In this document: one piece after another, positions 26,031-37,292 of the stretch
Layout of the letters: each line of letters opens with the position of its first letter
How positions within the stretch are numbered: position 1 is the stretch's first letter
Assembly (NCBI GenBank): GCA_965204615.1
Contig: OZ242000.1
Location: forward strand, 1,473,803-1,537,802
DNA: 64,000 nucleotides
From: Acidimicrobiia bacterium
GTDB taxonomy: Bacteria > Actinomycetota > Acidimicrobiia > Spongiisociales > ZC4RG35
Reading direction: 5' to 3'
Program-made: the position numbers and the translations under genes
Notes under the pieces: generated by a model
The model's input: the letters and a program-made list of their open reading frames with translations, nothing else
What the model was told of the DNA's origin: nothing
Database searches by the model: none

Positions 26031-27231
26031 CCCACAGGAGGATCACCAGCAGGAATCCGGCCGCCACCAGATTCAAGAGTCCGTATCCGATCGCGTTCAT
26101 CAGGACTCCCGCCCCCGCGCTGCCGATCATGACCATGACGTGCCCCACCGAATCCGCCCATCCCTCCACCACTTGACGGACATCCGAGGGCGCCGAGGCA
26201 AACAGCATGGCGCTGCCAGCCAGGAAGGAGAAGCTCCAGCCCAGTCCCAGAAGGAACAATCCGGCGTTCAGCATCCCGTACCCCTCATAGGGAGCTATGC
26301 CCGACAGCAACAGGGAAACCCAGGTGACCGACAATCCGAGTCCCAGCACCGACAGATAACCCATGCGGTCCACCATCTTTCCCACCAGCGGCGCCAGTGC
26401 GAACATCCCCACCGTGTGGGTGGAGATCACCACTCCGACGATGCTCAGGCCGTAACCCGCATCTTCGATACGGAGGGGCGTGGCCGTCATCACCGACACC
26501 ATCACCACCTGGGCGGAGACCATCGCCAGAATCGCTACCTGCACGGACGGCAGTCGCAACGCGGCGCCGACGGTGCCTCCCCCGATCACCCTCTCGGCCG
26601 GTTCGGTGACTGCCACCTCCGAAGGGTCAGGGCGAAGCGCCGCCCAGAAGAGCAGCCAGGTGACAAGGAACGCCGCCGCGGCCAGCAGGAATGCGCCGGC
26701 ATAGGGAGTGCCCAGAGCGCCCTCCACCATCTGTCCTACTCCTTCCACCAGGTTGGCTCCCACCACCGCGCCGATGGTGCCGGCCCACACCAGGATCCCC
26801 ATCGCCATTCCCCGGCTGCGCTCCTCAGCCAATTCGGCGGCGACGTACCTGGCCAGATGCTGAGAGCCCAGGCCCACCCCCACCAGCACCGCCCCTCCCA
26901 CCAACATCCAGTACCAACCCCCGATCACCCCCACCATCTCCAGGATCGCCCCGAGGGCGGAGATGGGCGGTCCGGACAGCATGATGTACCGGCGCCCTCG
27001 ACTGGCGCTCAGCCTTCCGAACAGGTTGGTGCCCGCAGCCTGGCCCAGGGCGCCGGCCGCCAGGGGAATGCCGGCCAGCGTCGTCGACCCGGTCAGGGAG
27101 CGGGCGGCGACCGTCGCCACAGTCAGGGTGGCGATGAAGCCAACCCATCCCAGGGTCGTACCTGTGAAGAGGACATACAACAAACGACGCCGGAGACCGG
27201 TCAGATTCGAACCGGTAACCTGTTGATTCAC
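25990..27231 (-). CDS. MFS transporter (paralog B of a tandem pair)
   Basis: The N-termini VNQQVTGSNLTGLRRRLLYVLF vs LSDKGIAGVRRRLVYVLF and most of the rest align. GTG start at 27231. Confidence 0.75.
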   Translation of the reverse strand: MNQQVTGSNLTGLRRRLLYVLFTGTTLGWVGFIATLTVATVAARSLTGSTTLAGIPLAAGALGQAAGTNLFGRLSASRGRRYIMLSGPPISALGAILEMVGVIGGWYWMLVGGAVLVGVGLGSQHLARYVAAELAEERSRGMAMGILVWAGTIGAVVGANLVEGVGQMVEGALGTPYAGAFLLAAAAFLVTWLLFWAALRPDPSEVAVTEPAERVIGGGTVGAALRLPSVQVAILAMVSAQVVMVSVMTATPLRIEDAGYGLSIVGVVISTHTVGMFALAPLVGKMVDRMGYLSVLGLGLSVTWVSLLLSGIAPYEGYGMLNAGLFLLGLGWSFSFLAGSAMLFASAPSDVRQVVEGWADSVGHVMVMIGSAGAGVLMNAIGYGLLNLVAAGFLLVILLWVALAPNLRTELVG

Positions 27232-27265
27232 TCCCCTGCGATTGTATTAGCGAGCGGTCCCGACC

Positions 27266-27886
27266 TTGAAGCCCCTCCCCCCGGCAACTGAACCCGCGCC
27301 CAACCCCGCCGCCCTGGGTGTGGTCCTGGCAGGCGGTCGCTCCCGGCGGATGGGAACGGACAAGGCGAAAGCCATCCTGGATGGACGCCCCCTGTTGGAC
27401 TGGGTGGCGGCGGCGGTGTCACAGGTGGTCTCCGAAGTGTTGGTGGTGGGCCGCGAGGAGGCGGGAGCGGTCCCGGCCGTCCCCGACGCACTCCCGGGAG
27501 GGCGCGGTCCGAGTGCGGGGATCGTCACCGCTCTGATGACAGCGGAAGGGCGATCCATCGTGGTGGTTGGCGTGGATCAGCCCTGGGTGCGACCCTCCAC
27601 CCTGGCCGCTCTCCTGAGTGTCCGGCCACAACCCGCCGTCCCCCTGGACCACCAATACCAGGTCACCTGCGCCGCCTACCCGGCCTCTTCACTGTCCCGC
27701 CTGGCGGCGACGGCCCGGGAGAAGCGGTCCCTCCAACCTGAGGTCCCCCTTCTGGGAGGAACGGTGATCCCCCCCGAACGCTGGCGATCCTGGGGTGAGG
27801 ACGGCCGTTCATGGTTCTCGGTGGACACCCCGGAGGACCTCCGGGAGGGCCTCGGCCGCTACGGAAGCCCCGACACCTCCTGCTGA
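27266..27886 (+). CDS. MobA-like NTP transferase (molybdenum cofactor guanylyltransferase family)
   Basis: The N-terminal motif GVVLAGGRSRRMGTDKA..LDGRPLL is typical of MobA. Probable TTG start. Confidence 0.65.
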   Translation: MKPLPPATEPAPNPAALGVVLAGGRSRRMGTDKAKAILDGRPLLDWVAAAVSQVVSEVLVVGREEAGAVPAVPDALPGGRGPSAGIVTALMTAEGRSIVVVGVDQPWVRPSTLAALLSVRPQPAVPLDHQYQVTCAAYPASSLSRLAATAREKRSLQPEVPLLGGTVIPPERWRSWGEDGRSWFSVDTPEDLREGLGRYGSPDTSC

Positions 27887-27903
27887 CATCCTGAGGAGGC
27901 AGG

Positions 27904-29133
27904 CTATGACTCCGTGGATCCTCCTCTCAGGCGACCGGGATCAAGCTCGGCGTCCCTCAGGGCAGCCCACAGGTAGGGAGCGATGGCCGCCACCGACAGG
28001 GCCGCGGCAAGGTATGTGTAACCTACCCCCGCCCATGTGGCCACCAATCCTCCCAGGAAGGCGCCGAGCGGAGTCGCTCCGTGGCCGACGAAGAGGAAGC
28101 CCGCCATGACCCGTCCGAGAATCCGGTCCGGCACCCCGGCCTGGCGATAGGAGAACGAGACGACATCCAACTGAGCGGCGAAGGCCCCGACCAGGGCCAG
28201 TCCCAGCCCGCCCGCCAGGGCGATGTTCGATCCCGCCACCAGTAGGAAGCCAAACGCCGCGCCTATCAATGCGGTCACACACATTCTCGCCCGGGGAACT
28301 CTCGTGGCAACGGCGGGGGCGGCGAGGTAACCGAGCATGTACCCGAGGGCCAATGCGCTGATGGTCAGACCGAAGCCGAAGCCGGTGAGTTGGTAGCGGT
28401 CCTGGGCCACCAACACCAGGACCGACAGGCCTGCTCCGGTTGCGAAGTGAAGTACGCCCGATCCGATTACGAAGGCTCGCAGCACAGAGTCCTGCCAGAC
28501 CCACCGGAGGCCCTCGATCGTTTCGGCCAGCAACCCCCTGCCCCGATCCCGGGGGACCTCCCGTGCACTGCCCCTTGGAAGCCACAACACCACGATCGCT
28601 GCCACCAGGAAGCTGACCGCGTCCACTCCCAGGGGCATCCAGGTCGCAAAGGCGAAGAGCCACCCCCCGAGCGGCGGCCCGAGGAAACGTTGGGCCAGGG
28701 TCTGGGTACTGAACAGCCGACCGTTGGCCGTGTCCAACTCCGCGGGCGTCACCAGGGCCGGCACCAGGGCAAGACCCGCGGCGTCGAAGAAGGTCTCGCC
28801 GACTCCCACGACTATCAGCAGCGCATACAAGGCGACGATCGAGTCTCCACCTCCGAACACATAGACGGCCGCCGCCCCCAGGACCACCGCCCGAGCGGCC
28901 TCGGCCAGAAACATCGCCCTCCGCCGGTCCACTCTGTCCACTATGGCGCCGGAGAAGGGGCCGATCAACAGCCAGGGAAGCCCGGCGGCCACCATGAGTC
29001 CGCTTATCGCCAGCGGGTTGCGGGTGCCGGACGCCACCAACAGCGGCAGGGCCGCAATCAAGACCCCGTTGCCCACACTGGAGATTGCGAAGGCGGTGAG
29101 AAGCCGGCGGTAGGAGGGCCCCAACGATCTCAT
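27904..29133 (-). CDS. MFS transporter
   Basis: A 12-TM product. The D-R-x-D-R-R motif between TM2 and TM3 (IVDRVDRRRAM) is characteristic of MFS. Confidence 0.75.
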   Translation of the reverse strand: MRSLGPSYRRLLTAFAISSVGNGVLIAALPLLVASGTRNPLAISGLMVAAGLPWLLIGPFSGAIVDRVDRRRAMFLAEAARAVVLGAAAVYVFGGGDSIVALYALLIVVGVGETFFDAAGLALVPALVTPAELDTANGRLFSTQTLAQRFLGPPLGGWLFAFATWMPLGVDAVSFLVAAIVVLWLPRGSAREVPRDRGRGLLAETIEGLRWVWQDSVLRAFVIGSGVLHFATGAGLSVLVLVAQDRYQLTGFGFGLTISALALGYMLGYLAAPAVATRVPRARMCVTALIGAAFGFLLVAGSNIALAGGLGLALVGAFAAQLDVVSFSYRQAGVPDRILGRVMAGFLFVGHGATPLGAFLGGLVATWAGVGYTYLAAALSVAAIAPYLWAALRDAELDPGRLRGGSTES

Positions 29134-29200
29134 CGGCCAGCCGAGGGCTCAGGGCTCCTGAGGTGACGGAACCCCGGTCCGGCGGTATCCAGCCGACCGG

Positions 29201-30170
<970 letters not shown>

Positions 30171-30178
<8 letters not shown>

Positions 30179-31160
30179 GCCGATCCGCTCCCTGGTTGAG
30201 AGGATGCCAGCAGGCAAATGCCCGTCCCTCCGGGGTTGACGCCAGGCTCGGAGACGTCGTATCACAACGGTCCGTCGAATAGGGACATCGCGGCGTGAAA
30301 CTGCACCCGATGTGCTCAAGGCGAAGGTCGGGAGGTTGACCCTCGATGGCCATGAGACGCTCCGCCTTGACATCCAGACGAGGGGTTGAACCCAAGAGGG
30401 CCGCCGTGTAGGGATGATGGGGCCGGTGAAACAATTGGTCGGCGGTACCCGACTCGACGATCTCCCCCGCGTAGAGGACTTTGAGAAGGTCGCAGGCCCC
30501 GGCCACCACCCCGAGGTCGTGGGTGATGAGCAGGAGCGCCAGACCCAGATCCCGCTGGAGGGAGAAGATCAGTTCGAGGATCTGCGCCTGGGTGGTGACG
30601 TCCAGTGCCGTTGTGGGCTCATCGGCGATCAGCATCATGGGATCACAGGAGAGCGCTATGGCGATAACCACTCTCTGTTGCATTCCTCCGGAGAACTCGA
30701 ACGGGTACTGTCCGAGACGGCGTTTCGGATCGGGGATCCCGACTTTCTCCAGCAGATCGGCGGCTCTCATGCGGGCTTGGGTCCTGGTGAGGCCAAGATG
30801 GCGGGTCATGACCTCGGTCATCTGCGTGCCGACGGTGAGGATCGGGTTCATCGACGCCATGGGGTCCTGGGAGACCAGGCTGATCTCCCGTCCGCGAATC
30901 CGGCGGGCGACCCTCTTGTCCCGGAGCGAGCGGCCCTTCCACAGCACCTCCCCCCCGACTATCCTGCCGGGCAGGTCGATCAGCCCGAGGGCCGCTCGAG
31001 CTATGGTGCTCTTGCCCGAACCCGACTCCCCGACGATCCCCAGCGAGTCGCCCGGATCGACGGTGAAGGAGACACCGCGGACAGCCTGGACCGTGCCCCC
31101 CCGGGCGGGGAAGACCACCTTGAGATCCCGGACCTCAAGGAGATGGTGGTCCTCTCTCAT
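30171..31160 (-). CDS. oppD: Oligopeptide/dipeptide ABC transporter ATP-binding protein (OppD/DppD type)
   Basis: Walker [10 protein letters not shown], signature FSGGMQQR, Walker [12 protein letters not shown]. Confidence 0.85.
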
Positions 31161-32092
31161 CCCGACCAGCCGGCCGGGGCGTCGGCCGCCGCGGCAAACC
31201 GCTTGGCGCTTTCCTCAGGATCGGCTGCCACTCTGAGCCAACTGGCCAGGAGATTGATTCCCAGCACTGCCACCGCGATCGCCAGTCCGGGAAAGATGAT
31301 CAACCACGGAGCGGAGAAGACGTACTGACGACCGATCGCCACATCCAGTCCCCATGACGTCTGCGGTGGCTGGATTCCCAGCCCCAGGAACGAGAGGGCG
31401 GCCTCGGAGAGGATCACATGGGCCGACTCCAGGACCGCCAGGGTCAGCAGCGGCGCGGTGAGGTTGGGAGCGATGTGGCGCATCATGATGCGAACCGGTG
31501 ACGCGCCGATCAGTTCCGCCGCCTCCACGTACTCGGCCTCCCGGGCAGAGAGCACCAAGCCCCGAGTCATCCGCGCGAACACCATCCAAATCCTGAGGGA
31601 CAGCACGATCGCCAGAGTCCAGAAACTCGGCCCGACCACGGCCAGTATCGTCAACGCCAGGAGGAGTCCGGGGAAGGAGAACAACGTGTCGACGATGCGC
31701 ATGATCACCGCGTCGGTCCGACCGCCCCGGTAACCGGCCAGCAAGCCGACCGCTGTGCCGAAAAGACCGGCCATGGTCACCGCCACCAGGGGAATGGTGA
31801 GGGAGATCCTGGCGCCGTGGATGATCCGGGAGAACACGTCCCGCCCCAGTTGGTCCGTGCCCAGGATGTGCTCGAACGAGCCGCCCTCGGCATAGAAGGG
31901 CGGGAGCAGGCGGGCGCCCAGATCCTGCTTATTGGGATCCAGTGGAGCGATCAGGGGAGCGAAGAGGGCGGTCGAGACCAGCAGCACCAGAACGAGGACT
32001 CCGAAGAGAGCGGTGGGATCACGGACGATCCGCCTGAGCCACACCGCCGACCGGCGGCGGTTGCCCTGTGCGCCGGAGGAGACGGAACTCAT
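31157..32092 (-). CDS. oppC: Oligopeptide ABC transporter permease (OppC/DppC type)
   Basis: Binding-protein-dependent transport system inner-membrane EAA-like region and 6 TMs. The ATG at 32092 overlaps the oppB stop (ATGA). The longer ORF-track N-terminus is an antisense shadow. Confidence 0.85.
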   Translation of the reverse strand: MSSVSSGAQGNRRRSAVWLRRIVRDPTALFGVLVLVLLVSTALFAPLIAPLDPNKQDLGARLLPPFYAEGGSFEHILGTDQLGRDVFSRIIHGARISLTIPLVAVTMAGLFGTAVGLLAGYRGGRTDAVIMRIVDTLFSFPGLLLALTILAVVGPSFWTLAIVLSLRIWMVFARMTRGLVLSAREAEYVEAAELIGASPVRIMMRHIAPNLTAPLLTLAVLESAHVILSEAALSFLGLGIQPPQTSWGLDVAIGRQYVFSAPWLIIFPGLAIAVAVLGINLLASWLRVAADPEESAKRFAAAADAPAGWSG

Positions 32093-33018
32093 GACACCCG
32101 ATCGAACTTGACCCGGGGGTCGAGCATCGTATACGTCACATCCACGATGATGTTGATGGTGACCACCATGATCGCCACCACGAACACGACAGCCTGGACG
32201 AGGATGATGTCGTGCCGCTCGATGGCCTGCATGGCGGTGAACCCGATCCCCGGCCACGCGTACACCGTTTCCACCACCACCGCGCCGCCGGCCAGCGCGC
32301 CGATCAACTCCCACCCGGCGATGGTGATGGTGGCGATCCCCGCGCCCTTGAAGGCATGAACGATCACGATGCGAGCCCGCGACACCCCCCGGGCGGTGGC
32401 GTCCTTGACGTGCTGGGCGTTCAATTCGTCGATCATCGAGGACCTGGTGACCAGGGCGATGCGTCCCACGATCGGAAGGGCGAGCACGAATGCCGGAAGC
32501 ACCAGGTACTCGATCCCGCCCGAACCGGATGTGGGAAACCACCCCAGACCCACGCTGAAGAAGACGATGAACACCAACCCGATCCAGAACTGGGGAAGCG
32601 AGACCCCGAGTAGACCGAGAGTCACCGCTCCTCGATCCACCCACCCCCCGGGCCGCATACCGGAGATCACCCCGATGACGACGCCGAGCAGCACTCCCAG
32701 GGCGAAACCGGCCGCCACCAGGATGATCGTGGGGGGCAACCGCTCCATGACGATGTCGATCGCCGGGCGACGTTGCCAGAGGGAGTCGCCCAGGTCGAGT
32801 TGGACCGCATCCGCAATGTAGTCACCCAGTTGGACGAGAATCGGTCTGTCCAGACCGAGTTGCGCTTCCAGGATTGCGCGATTCTCCTCCGTGGCCTCGA
32901 GAGGCAGCATGACCGCCACCGGATCCCCGATCAGGCGGGTCACCACGAACACCACCACCATCACCGATATCACCACAAGCACCGCTTGGGACAGCCTCTT
33001 CAGCAAGTACCGGCCCAC
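32089..33018 (-). CDS. oppB: Oligopeptide ABC transporter permease (OppB/DppB type)
   Basis: MGRYLLKRL... N-terminus and the typical DppB/OppB fold of 6 TMs. Confidence 0.85.
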   Translation of the reverse strand: MGRYLLKRLSQAVLVVISVMVVVFVVTRLIGDPVAVMLPLEATEENRAILEAQLGLDRPILVQLGDYIADAVQLDLGDSLWQRRPAIDIVMERLPPTIILVAAGFALGVLLGVVIGVISGMRPGGWVDRGAVTLGLLGVSLPQFWIGLVFIVFFSVGLGWFPTSGSGGIEYLVLPAFVLALPIVGRIALVTRSSMIDELNAQHVKDATARGVSRARIVIVHAFKGAGIATITIAGWELIGALAGGAVVVETVYAWPGIGFTAMQAIERHDIILVQAVVFVVAIMVVTINIIVDVTYTMLDPRVKFDRVS

Positions 33019-33099
33019 GGCTTCTCCCGTCTGGATTGCTTCAACACCGGGCGCGCCACCCGATCCGATGATACGCCCGGTGTCGAATGCGTCGAGGTC

Positions 33100-34719
33100 C
33101 TACTGGGACACTGTTATATCAGTCAAATCGATCAAGCCGTCGGCGCGGGCGGACCAATCGATCCGGTCTGTCCCGCCGTAGACATTGGGGATGCTGACCA
33201 GCCAGACATACCAGGCGCCGTCGTGACCGGCCTGCCCGACATCCTGGTAGAGCTTCAACCGGGCGTCCTGGTCGATCTCCGTCCTTGCGGCGTCAATCCA
33301 GTCGTCCGCCTCCGACGGATCCATGGATCCGCAGCAACCCTGGGAGTGGTAATAGGCAGAGAGTGTCCGGTCACCGTCGAACAGGATGTTGTCATGCGGC
33401 ACGAAGATGGCGTCGGGACGATTCTCACGATCGATCAGACGGTCTATGTACTCGGAGAACTCGGGTATGAATATCTCGGCGTGCACGCCTACCTCGGCCC
33501 AGTAGGCCGCCACGGCCTCGGTGGTCTCGCGGTCCAGCAACGAGTTGCCCACCAGGGACACCAGCTGGATATCCAGATGGTCGGCGCCGGCTTCCGCCAG
33601 CAGTTCACGGGCGCGATCAGGATCGTACGGGAAGGGGTCGAGATCGGGGTTGAAACCGAACCAGTTGGGGTTCAGCATCTGGCCCTGCAGGATCTCCGCT
33701 ATCCCCGAGAAGAGTCCCTCGGCAATGGCTTCCTTGTCGACCGCGTAGTTGAGGGCCTGCCGGATCCGCACATCCTCGATGGGACTGCCGGCCCGGGCGT
33801 TCAACGAGACGATGAACTGCTTGAGTCCGGTGGGAGTGCTCCACGTCTGATCGACCCGGGCGTTGTCCTCGGGAAGCAGGTCGACCATCAGGTCGATCTC
33901 GGCATTGAGGACTCCCGCCAGGCGGGTTCCGTACTCCTCGATGAAGAGGAAACGAACGTTGGACACCGACGGGTGATCGCCCGGATAGTCGTGGTCGGCT
34001 TCCAGTTCCACGGCGATGCCGCGTTCCCAGGAAACGAACTTGTAGGGACCCGATCCAACCGGATTGTCCCCGAAGTCCTCGCTCTGGGATGCCTCGGGGG
34101 GAACCAGGTAGAGCAGGGTCATCCTGGTCGGAATCAGCGGATCTGGGCCACTGGTGAGAATGTTCACCGTGTGCTCGTCGACCTTCTCGGCCCCCACCAC
34201 CGTTCCCAAGTTGTCCTTGAGCGGCGTGGCGTAGTCAGGATCGATTATGCGGAGGACGCTGTGCACCACCGCATCGGCGTTGAGCGGCTCACCGTTGTGG
34301 AAGGTGACACCCTCGCGCACCGTGTATTGCCAGGTCGTGTCATCTATGGGAGTACCGGTATCGGTCGCCACCCCGGGCACCAGGTCCCCGGCGGCATTGC
34401 GCGTCACCAACTTGTCGAATACGTTGTCGTTGATGGTGAACATGGCGAACTGGTCGACCGCCTGGGGATCGAGCGATCCCGGCTCGGTACCCAAACCGAT
34501 CACGATGCTCGCACCCTCGGGTTCCGGTTCCGGTTCCTCGGCGGGAGGGGGCGCCTCGGTAGTGGCCGGCGCCGCGGTGGTCGCCGGCGCCGCGGTGGTA
34601 GCGGGCGCCTCGGTAGTGGCCGGCGCCGCGGTGGTCGTAGCGGCGTCATCGCCTCCGCAGGCGGCCAGAACCAACGCCACCACCGAAATCAGGCTTAGGA
34701 ATCTTATGCGTCTGTTCAT
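33100..34719 (-). CDS. oppA: ABC transporter substrate-binding lipoprotein, family 5 (OppA/DppA-like)
   Basis: Lipobox LVLAACGG, TTAAPATTEAPATT linker, SBP_bac_5 fold. ATG at 34719. Confidence 0.8.
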   Translation of the reverse strand: MNRRIRFLSLISVVALVLAACGGDDAATTTAAPATTEAPATTAAPATTAAPATTEAPPPAEEPEPEPEGASIVIGLGTEPGSLDPQAVDQFAMFTINDNVFDKLVTRNAAGDLVPGVATDTGTPIDDTTWQYTVREGVTFHNGEPLNADAVVHSVLRIIDPDYATPLKDNLGTVVGAEKVDEHTVNILTSGPDPLIPTRMTLLYLVPPEASQSEDFGDNPVGSGPYKFVSWERGIAVELEADHDYPGDHPSVSNVRFLFIEEYGTRLAGVLNAEIDLMVDLLPEDNARVDQTWSTPTGLKQFIVSLNARAGSPIEDVRIRQALNYAVDKEAIAEGLFSGIAEILQGQMLNPNWFGFNPDLDPFPYDPDRARELLAEAGADHLDIQLVSLVGNSLLDRETTEAVAAYWAEVGVHAEIFIPEFSEYIDRLIDRENRPDAIFVPHDNILFDGDRTLSAYYHSQGCCGSMDPSEADDWIDAARTEIDQDARLKLYQDVGQAGHDGAWYVWLVSIPNVYGGTDRIDWSARADGLIDLTDITVSQ

Positions 34720-34941
34720 TGAGGGTTCTCCTCTCATATGGTCTTTGTCGGTCACAGAATCAAGATTCTTGACATTGAGTGGTCGCCAATCCAACCACCG
34801 TGGTGCCTATCCTAGTTATTGCCACTCTATGCAATAACAAATACAGGCATCTATTTCTCTCTGGGCCGCCTGCGTTCAGATGAGGTGCCCTGCTGAATCG
34901 GAAGGCATTCGGTGAGGCGAATTGAAAGAAGGAGGTAGGAA

Positions 34942-36021
34942 GTGGCGGGCACATACGGCGGGAAGAAGGCAGCTCCGTTGCCCCCGGGCACCGCCGACTT
35001 CTACAGCGACGGCAAGTCGATCCCTCCCCGCGAGATGCGGGAAGCCGTCCTGGACGCGCCCCTCGGCGACGAGCAAAAGGGCGAGGACCCGACAACGGCC
35101 AGTCTCACCGAACGGGTGGCCGAACTGCTCGGCAAGGAAGACGCCCTGTTCCTGCCCGCCGCCACGATGGCCAACGAGATCGCGGTGGCGCTGCACAGCC
35201 GTCCGGGGGATGAGATCATCTGTGAAAGGTCCTCGCACATCGTGAACTTCGAGTCCGGGGGTCCCGGTGTGCTGGCGGGAGTGCAAACACACATGCTGGA
35301 CGGCGAGAAGGGTATGTTCAGCCCCGAGCAGCTTGCCGCCGCCATCCGCCCCAAGGGCAACCTGTACATCCCCGAGACCGCGATGGTGGCCGTGGAGCAG
35401 ACCGCCAACATGGGCGGCGGAGCGGTGTGGCCTCTCGACCAAATGAGGGCTGTGGCGGCGGTGGCCGCCGAGGCCGGAGTCGCCACCCACCTGGATGGAG
35501 CGCGGCTGATGAACGCGGTCGTGAAGGCCGGCATATCGGCCAGTGACTACTCGGAAGGCTATGACTCCGTCACCTTCTGTTTCTCAAAGGGCCTCGGCAG
35601 TCCCTTCGGAGCGGCCCTGGCGGGATCCGGGGAGTTCATCCAACGCGCCTGGCGCCTCAGACAGCTCATCGGAGGAGGACTGAGACAGTCCGGATTCATG
35701 GCGGCCCTCTGCCTCTATGCCCTCGACCACTACGTGGATCGACTGGCGGACGATCATCGACGAGCCAGTGAGATCGCCTCGACGCTGGAAGGCCTGGAGT
35801 TGGTTGAAGACGTGCTGCCGGCAGACACCAACATCGTCATCTTCAACATTTCCCCACGGGGTCCCACTGCGGCCGAAGTGGTCGCCGAGTTGCTCCGGCG
35901 GGGCTTCGCGGTCGGCGCATTCGGCGAGAGGAGGATCCGAATAATCACCCACCTCGGAGTGGACCAGGACGACACCGAACGCCTGTGCGCAGCCCTGGAG
36001 ACCCTCCTCACTCCCCGCTGA
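34942..36021 (+). CDS. Low-specificity L-threonine aldolase family (beta-eliminating lyase, PLP-dependent), copy 1
   Basis: HLDGARLMNAV and the PLP-Lys motif CFSKGLGSPFG are present. GTG start with SD gaaggagg. Confidence 0.75.
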   Translation: MAGTYGGKKAAPLPPGTADFYSDGKSIPPREMREAVLDAPLGDEQKGEDPTTASLTERVAELLGKEDALFLPAATMANEIAVALHSRPGDEIICERSSHIVNFESGGPGVLAGVQTHMLDGEKGMFSPEQLAAAIRPKGNLYIPETAMVAVEQTANMGGGAVWPLDQMRAVAAVAAEAGVATHLDGARLMNAVVKAGISASDYSEGYDSVTFCFSKGLGSPFGAALAGSGEFIQRAWRLRQLIGGGLRQSGFMAALCLYALDHYVDRLADDHRRASEIASTLEGLELVEDVLPADTNIVIFNISPRGPTAAEVVAELLRRGFAVGAFGERRIRIITHLGVDQDDTERLCAALETLLTPR

Positions 36022-36206
36022 CGGGCGGGGATCAGAGCATGCTCTCTGCATCCAGCCACCTACGGTGCGCCACCCGGGCCTGTGTGGTGGGAGCTTCTGC
36101 TGCTATCCACGGCGTGATCATGTCAGGGCCGGGCCGGGAATTCTCGACACGGGTAGGGTGTTTTTGCAAGACTGTGCGGCAAGCCAAGGCGAAGAAGGAG
36201 TAGGAG

Positions 36207-37286
36207 ATGGCGGGTACATACGGAGGAAAGAAAGCGAGTCCGGTGCCGCCGGGGACTGCCGACTTCTTCAGCGACACCAAGTCGCTCCCTTCCCGGCAGA
36301 TGCGTCTGGCCGCCGTCGAGGCGCCACTCGGCGATGAGCAAAAGGGTGAGGACCCGACAACCACCGAACTGCTGACGCGGGTCTCGGAGATGCTCGGCAA
36401 GGAAGACGCCCTGTTCATGCCCTCGGCAACCATGGCCAACGAGATAGCGGTCGCCGTTCATTGCCGTCCCGGCGACGAGATGATAAGCGAGAGGTCCTCG
36501 CACCTGGTCAACTTCGAAGCCGGAGGCCCTGCCTTGCTGGCGGGAGTGCAGACACATATGCTGGACGGCACCAACGGCATATTCGGTCCCGAGCAGGTTG
36601 CCGCCGCTATTCGCCCCAAGGGCAACCTCTATATCCCCGAGACCGCTCTGGTGGCTGTGGAACAAACCGCCAACATGGGAGGCGGCTCGGTTTGGCCGCT
36701 GGAACGACTCAGGGGTGTGGCCGCAGTGGCTGCCGAGGCCGGGGTCGCCACGCACATGGATGGCGCCCGGCTGCTCAACGCGGTGGTCAAGACGGGGATC
36801 TCAGCCAGGGACTACGCGCACGGATACGATTCCGTCACCATCTGCTTCACCAAGGGTCTCGGCTGTCCCTTCGGCGCCCTGCTGGTGGGATCCGAAGAAT
36901 TCATTCAGCGAGCCTGGCGCTTCCGACAACTTCTCGGAGGAGGTTTGCGGCAGTCCGGGTTCATGGCGGCTGCGTGCCTCTATGCCCTCGACCACAACGT
37001 GGAGCGACTGGCGGACGATCATCGACGAGCGGGCCGGATCGCCTCAACGCTCAGGGACCTGGAGTTGGTGGAGAAGGTCCTCCCGGCTGAAACCAACATC
37101 GTGATCTTCGACATAGACCAGGACGGCCCCACCGCAGCCGAACTGGTCAGCCAATTGCTCTCACGGGGCATCCTGGTCGGCGCATTCGGCGAGAGGCGGG
37201 TACGGATCGTGACTCACATCGGGGTGGATCAAAGTGACACCGAACGCCTGTGCGATGAACTGAAGACACTGCTGGGCGCCGGCTGA
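36207..37286 (+). CDS. Low-specificity L-threonine aldolase family, copy 2 (tandem paralog)
   Basis: About 80% identical to copy 1 at the protein level (MAGTYGGKKA.PVPPGTADF...). It has its own SD and leader resembling that of copy 1. Confidence 0.75.
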   Translation: MAGTYGGKKASPVPPGTADFFSDTKSLPSRQMRLAAVEAPLGDEQKGEDPTTTELLTRVSEMLGKEDALFMPSATMANEIAVAVHCRPGDEMISERSSHLVNFEAGGPALLAGVQTHMLDGTNGIFGPEQVAAAIRPKGNLYIPETALVAVEQTANMGGGSVWPLERLRGVAAVAAEAGVATHMDGARLLNAVVKTGISARDYAHGYDSVTICFTKGLGCPFGALLVGSEEFIQRAWRFRQLLGGGLRQSGFMAAACLYALDHNVERLADDHRRAGRIASTLRDLELVEKVLPAETNIVIFDIDQDGPTAAELVSQLLSRGILVGAFGERRVRIVTHIGVDQSDTERLCDELKTLLGAG

Positions 37287-37292
37287 GACAGG

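Noticed and set aside
24228-27291. Two long plus-strand ORFs (504 and 494 aa) rich in His/Arg/Pro/Gly
   Set aside because: Both are antisense to the two well-supported MFS transporter genes, and their composition is typical of high-GC shadow frames.
31157-32644. The first about 184 codons of the 495-aa minus-strand ORF
   Set aside because: They overlap oppB in another frame (Arg/Gly/His-rich). The oppC homology and an ATGA-overlap start begin at 32092.
32773-34698. A 641-aa plus-strand ORF
   Set aside because: It is antisense to the oppA and oppB genes and is a Gly/Arg/Val-rich shadow frame.
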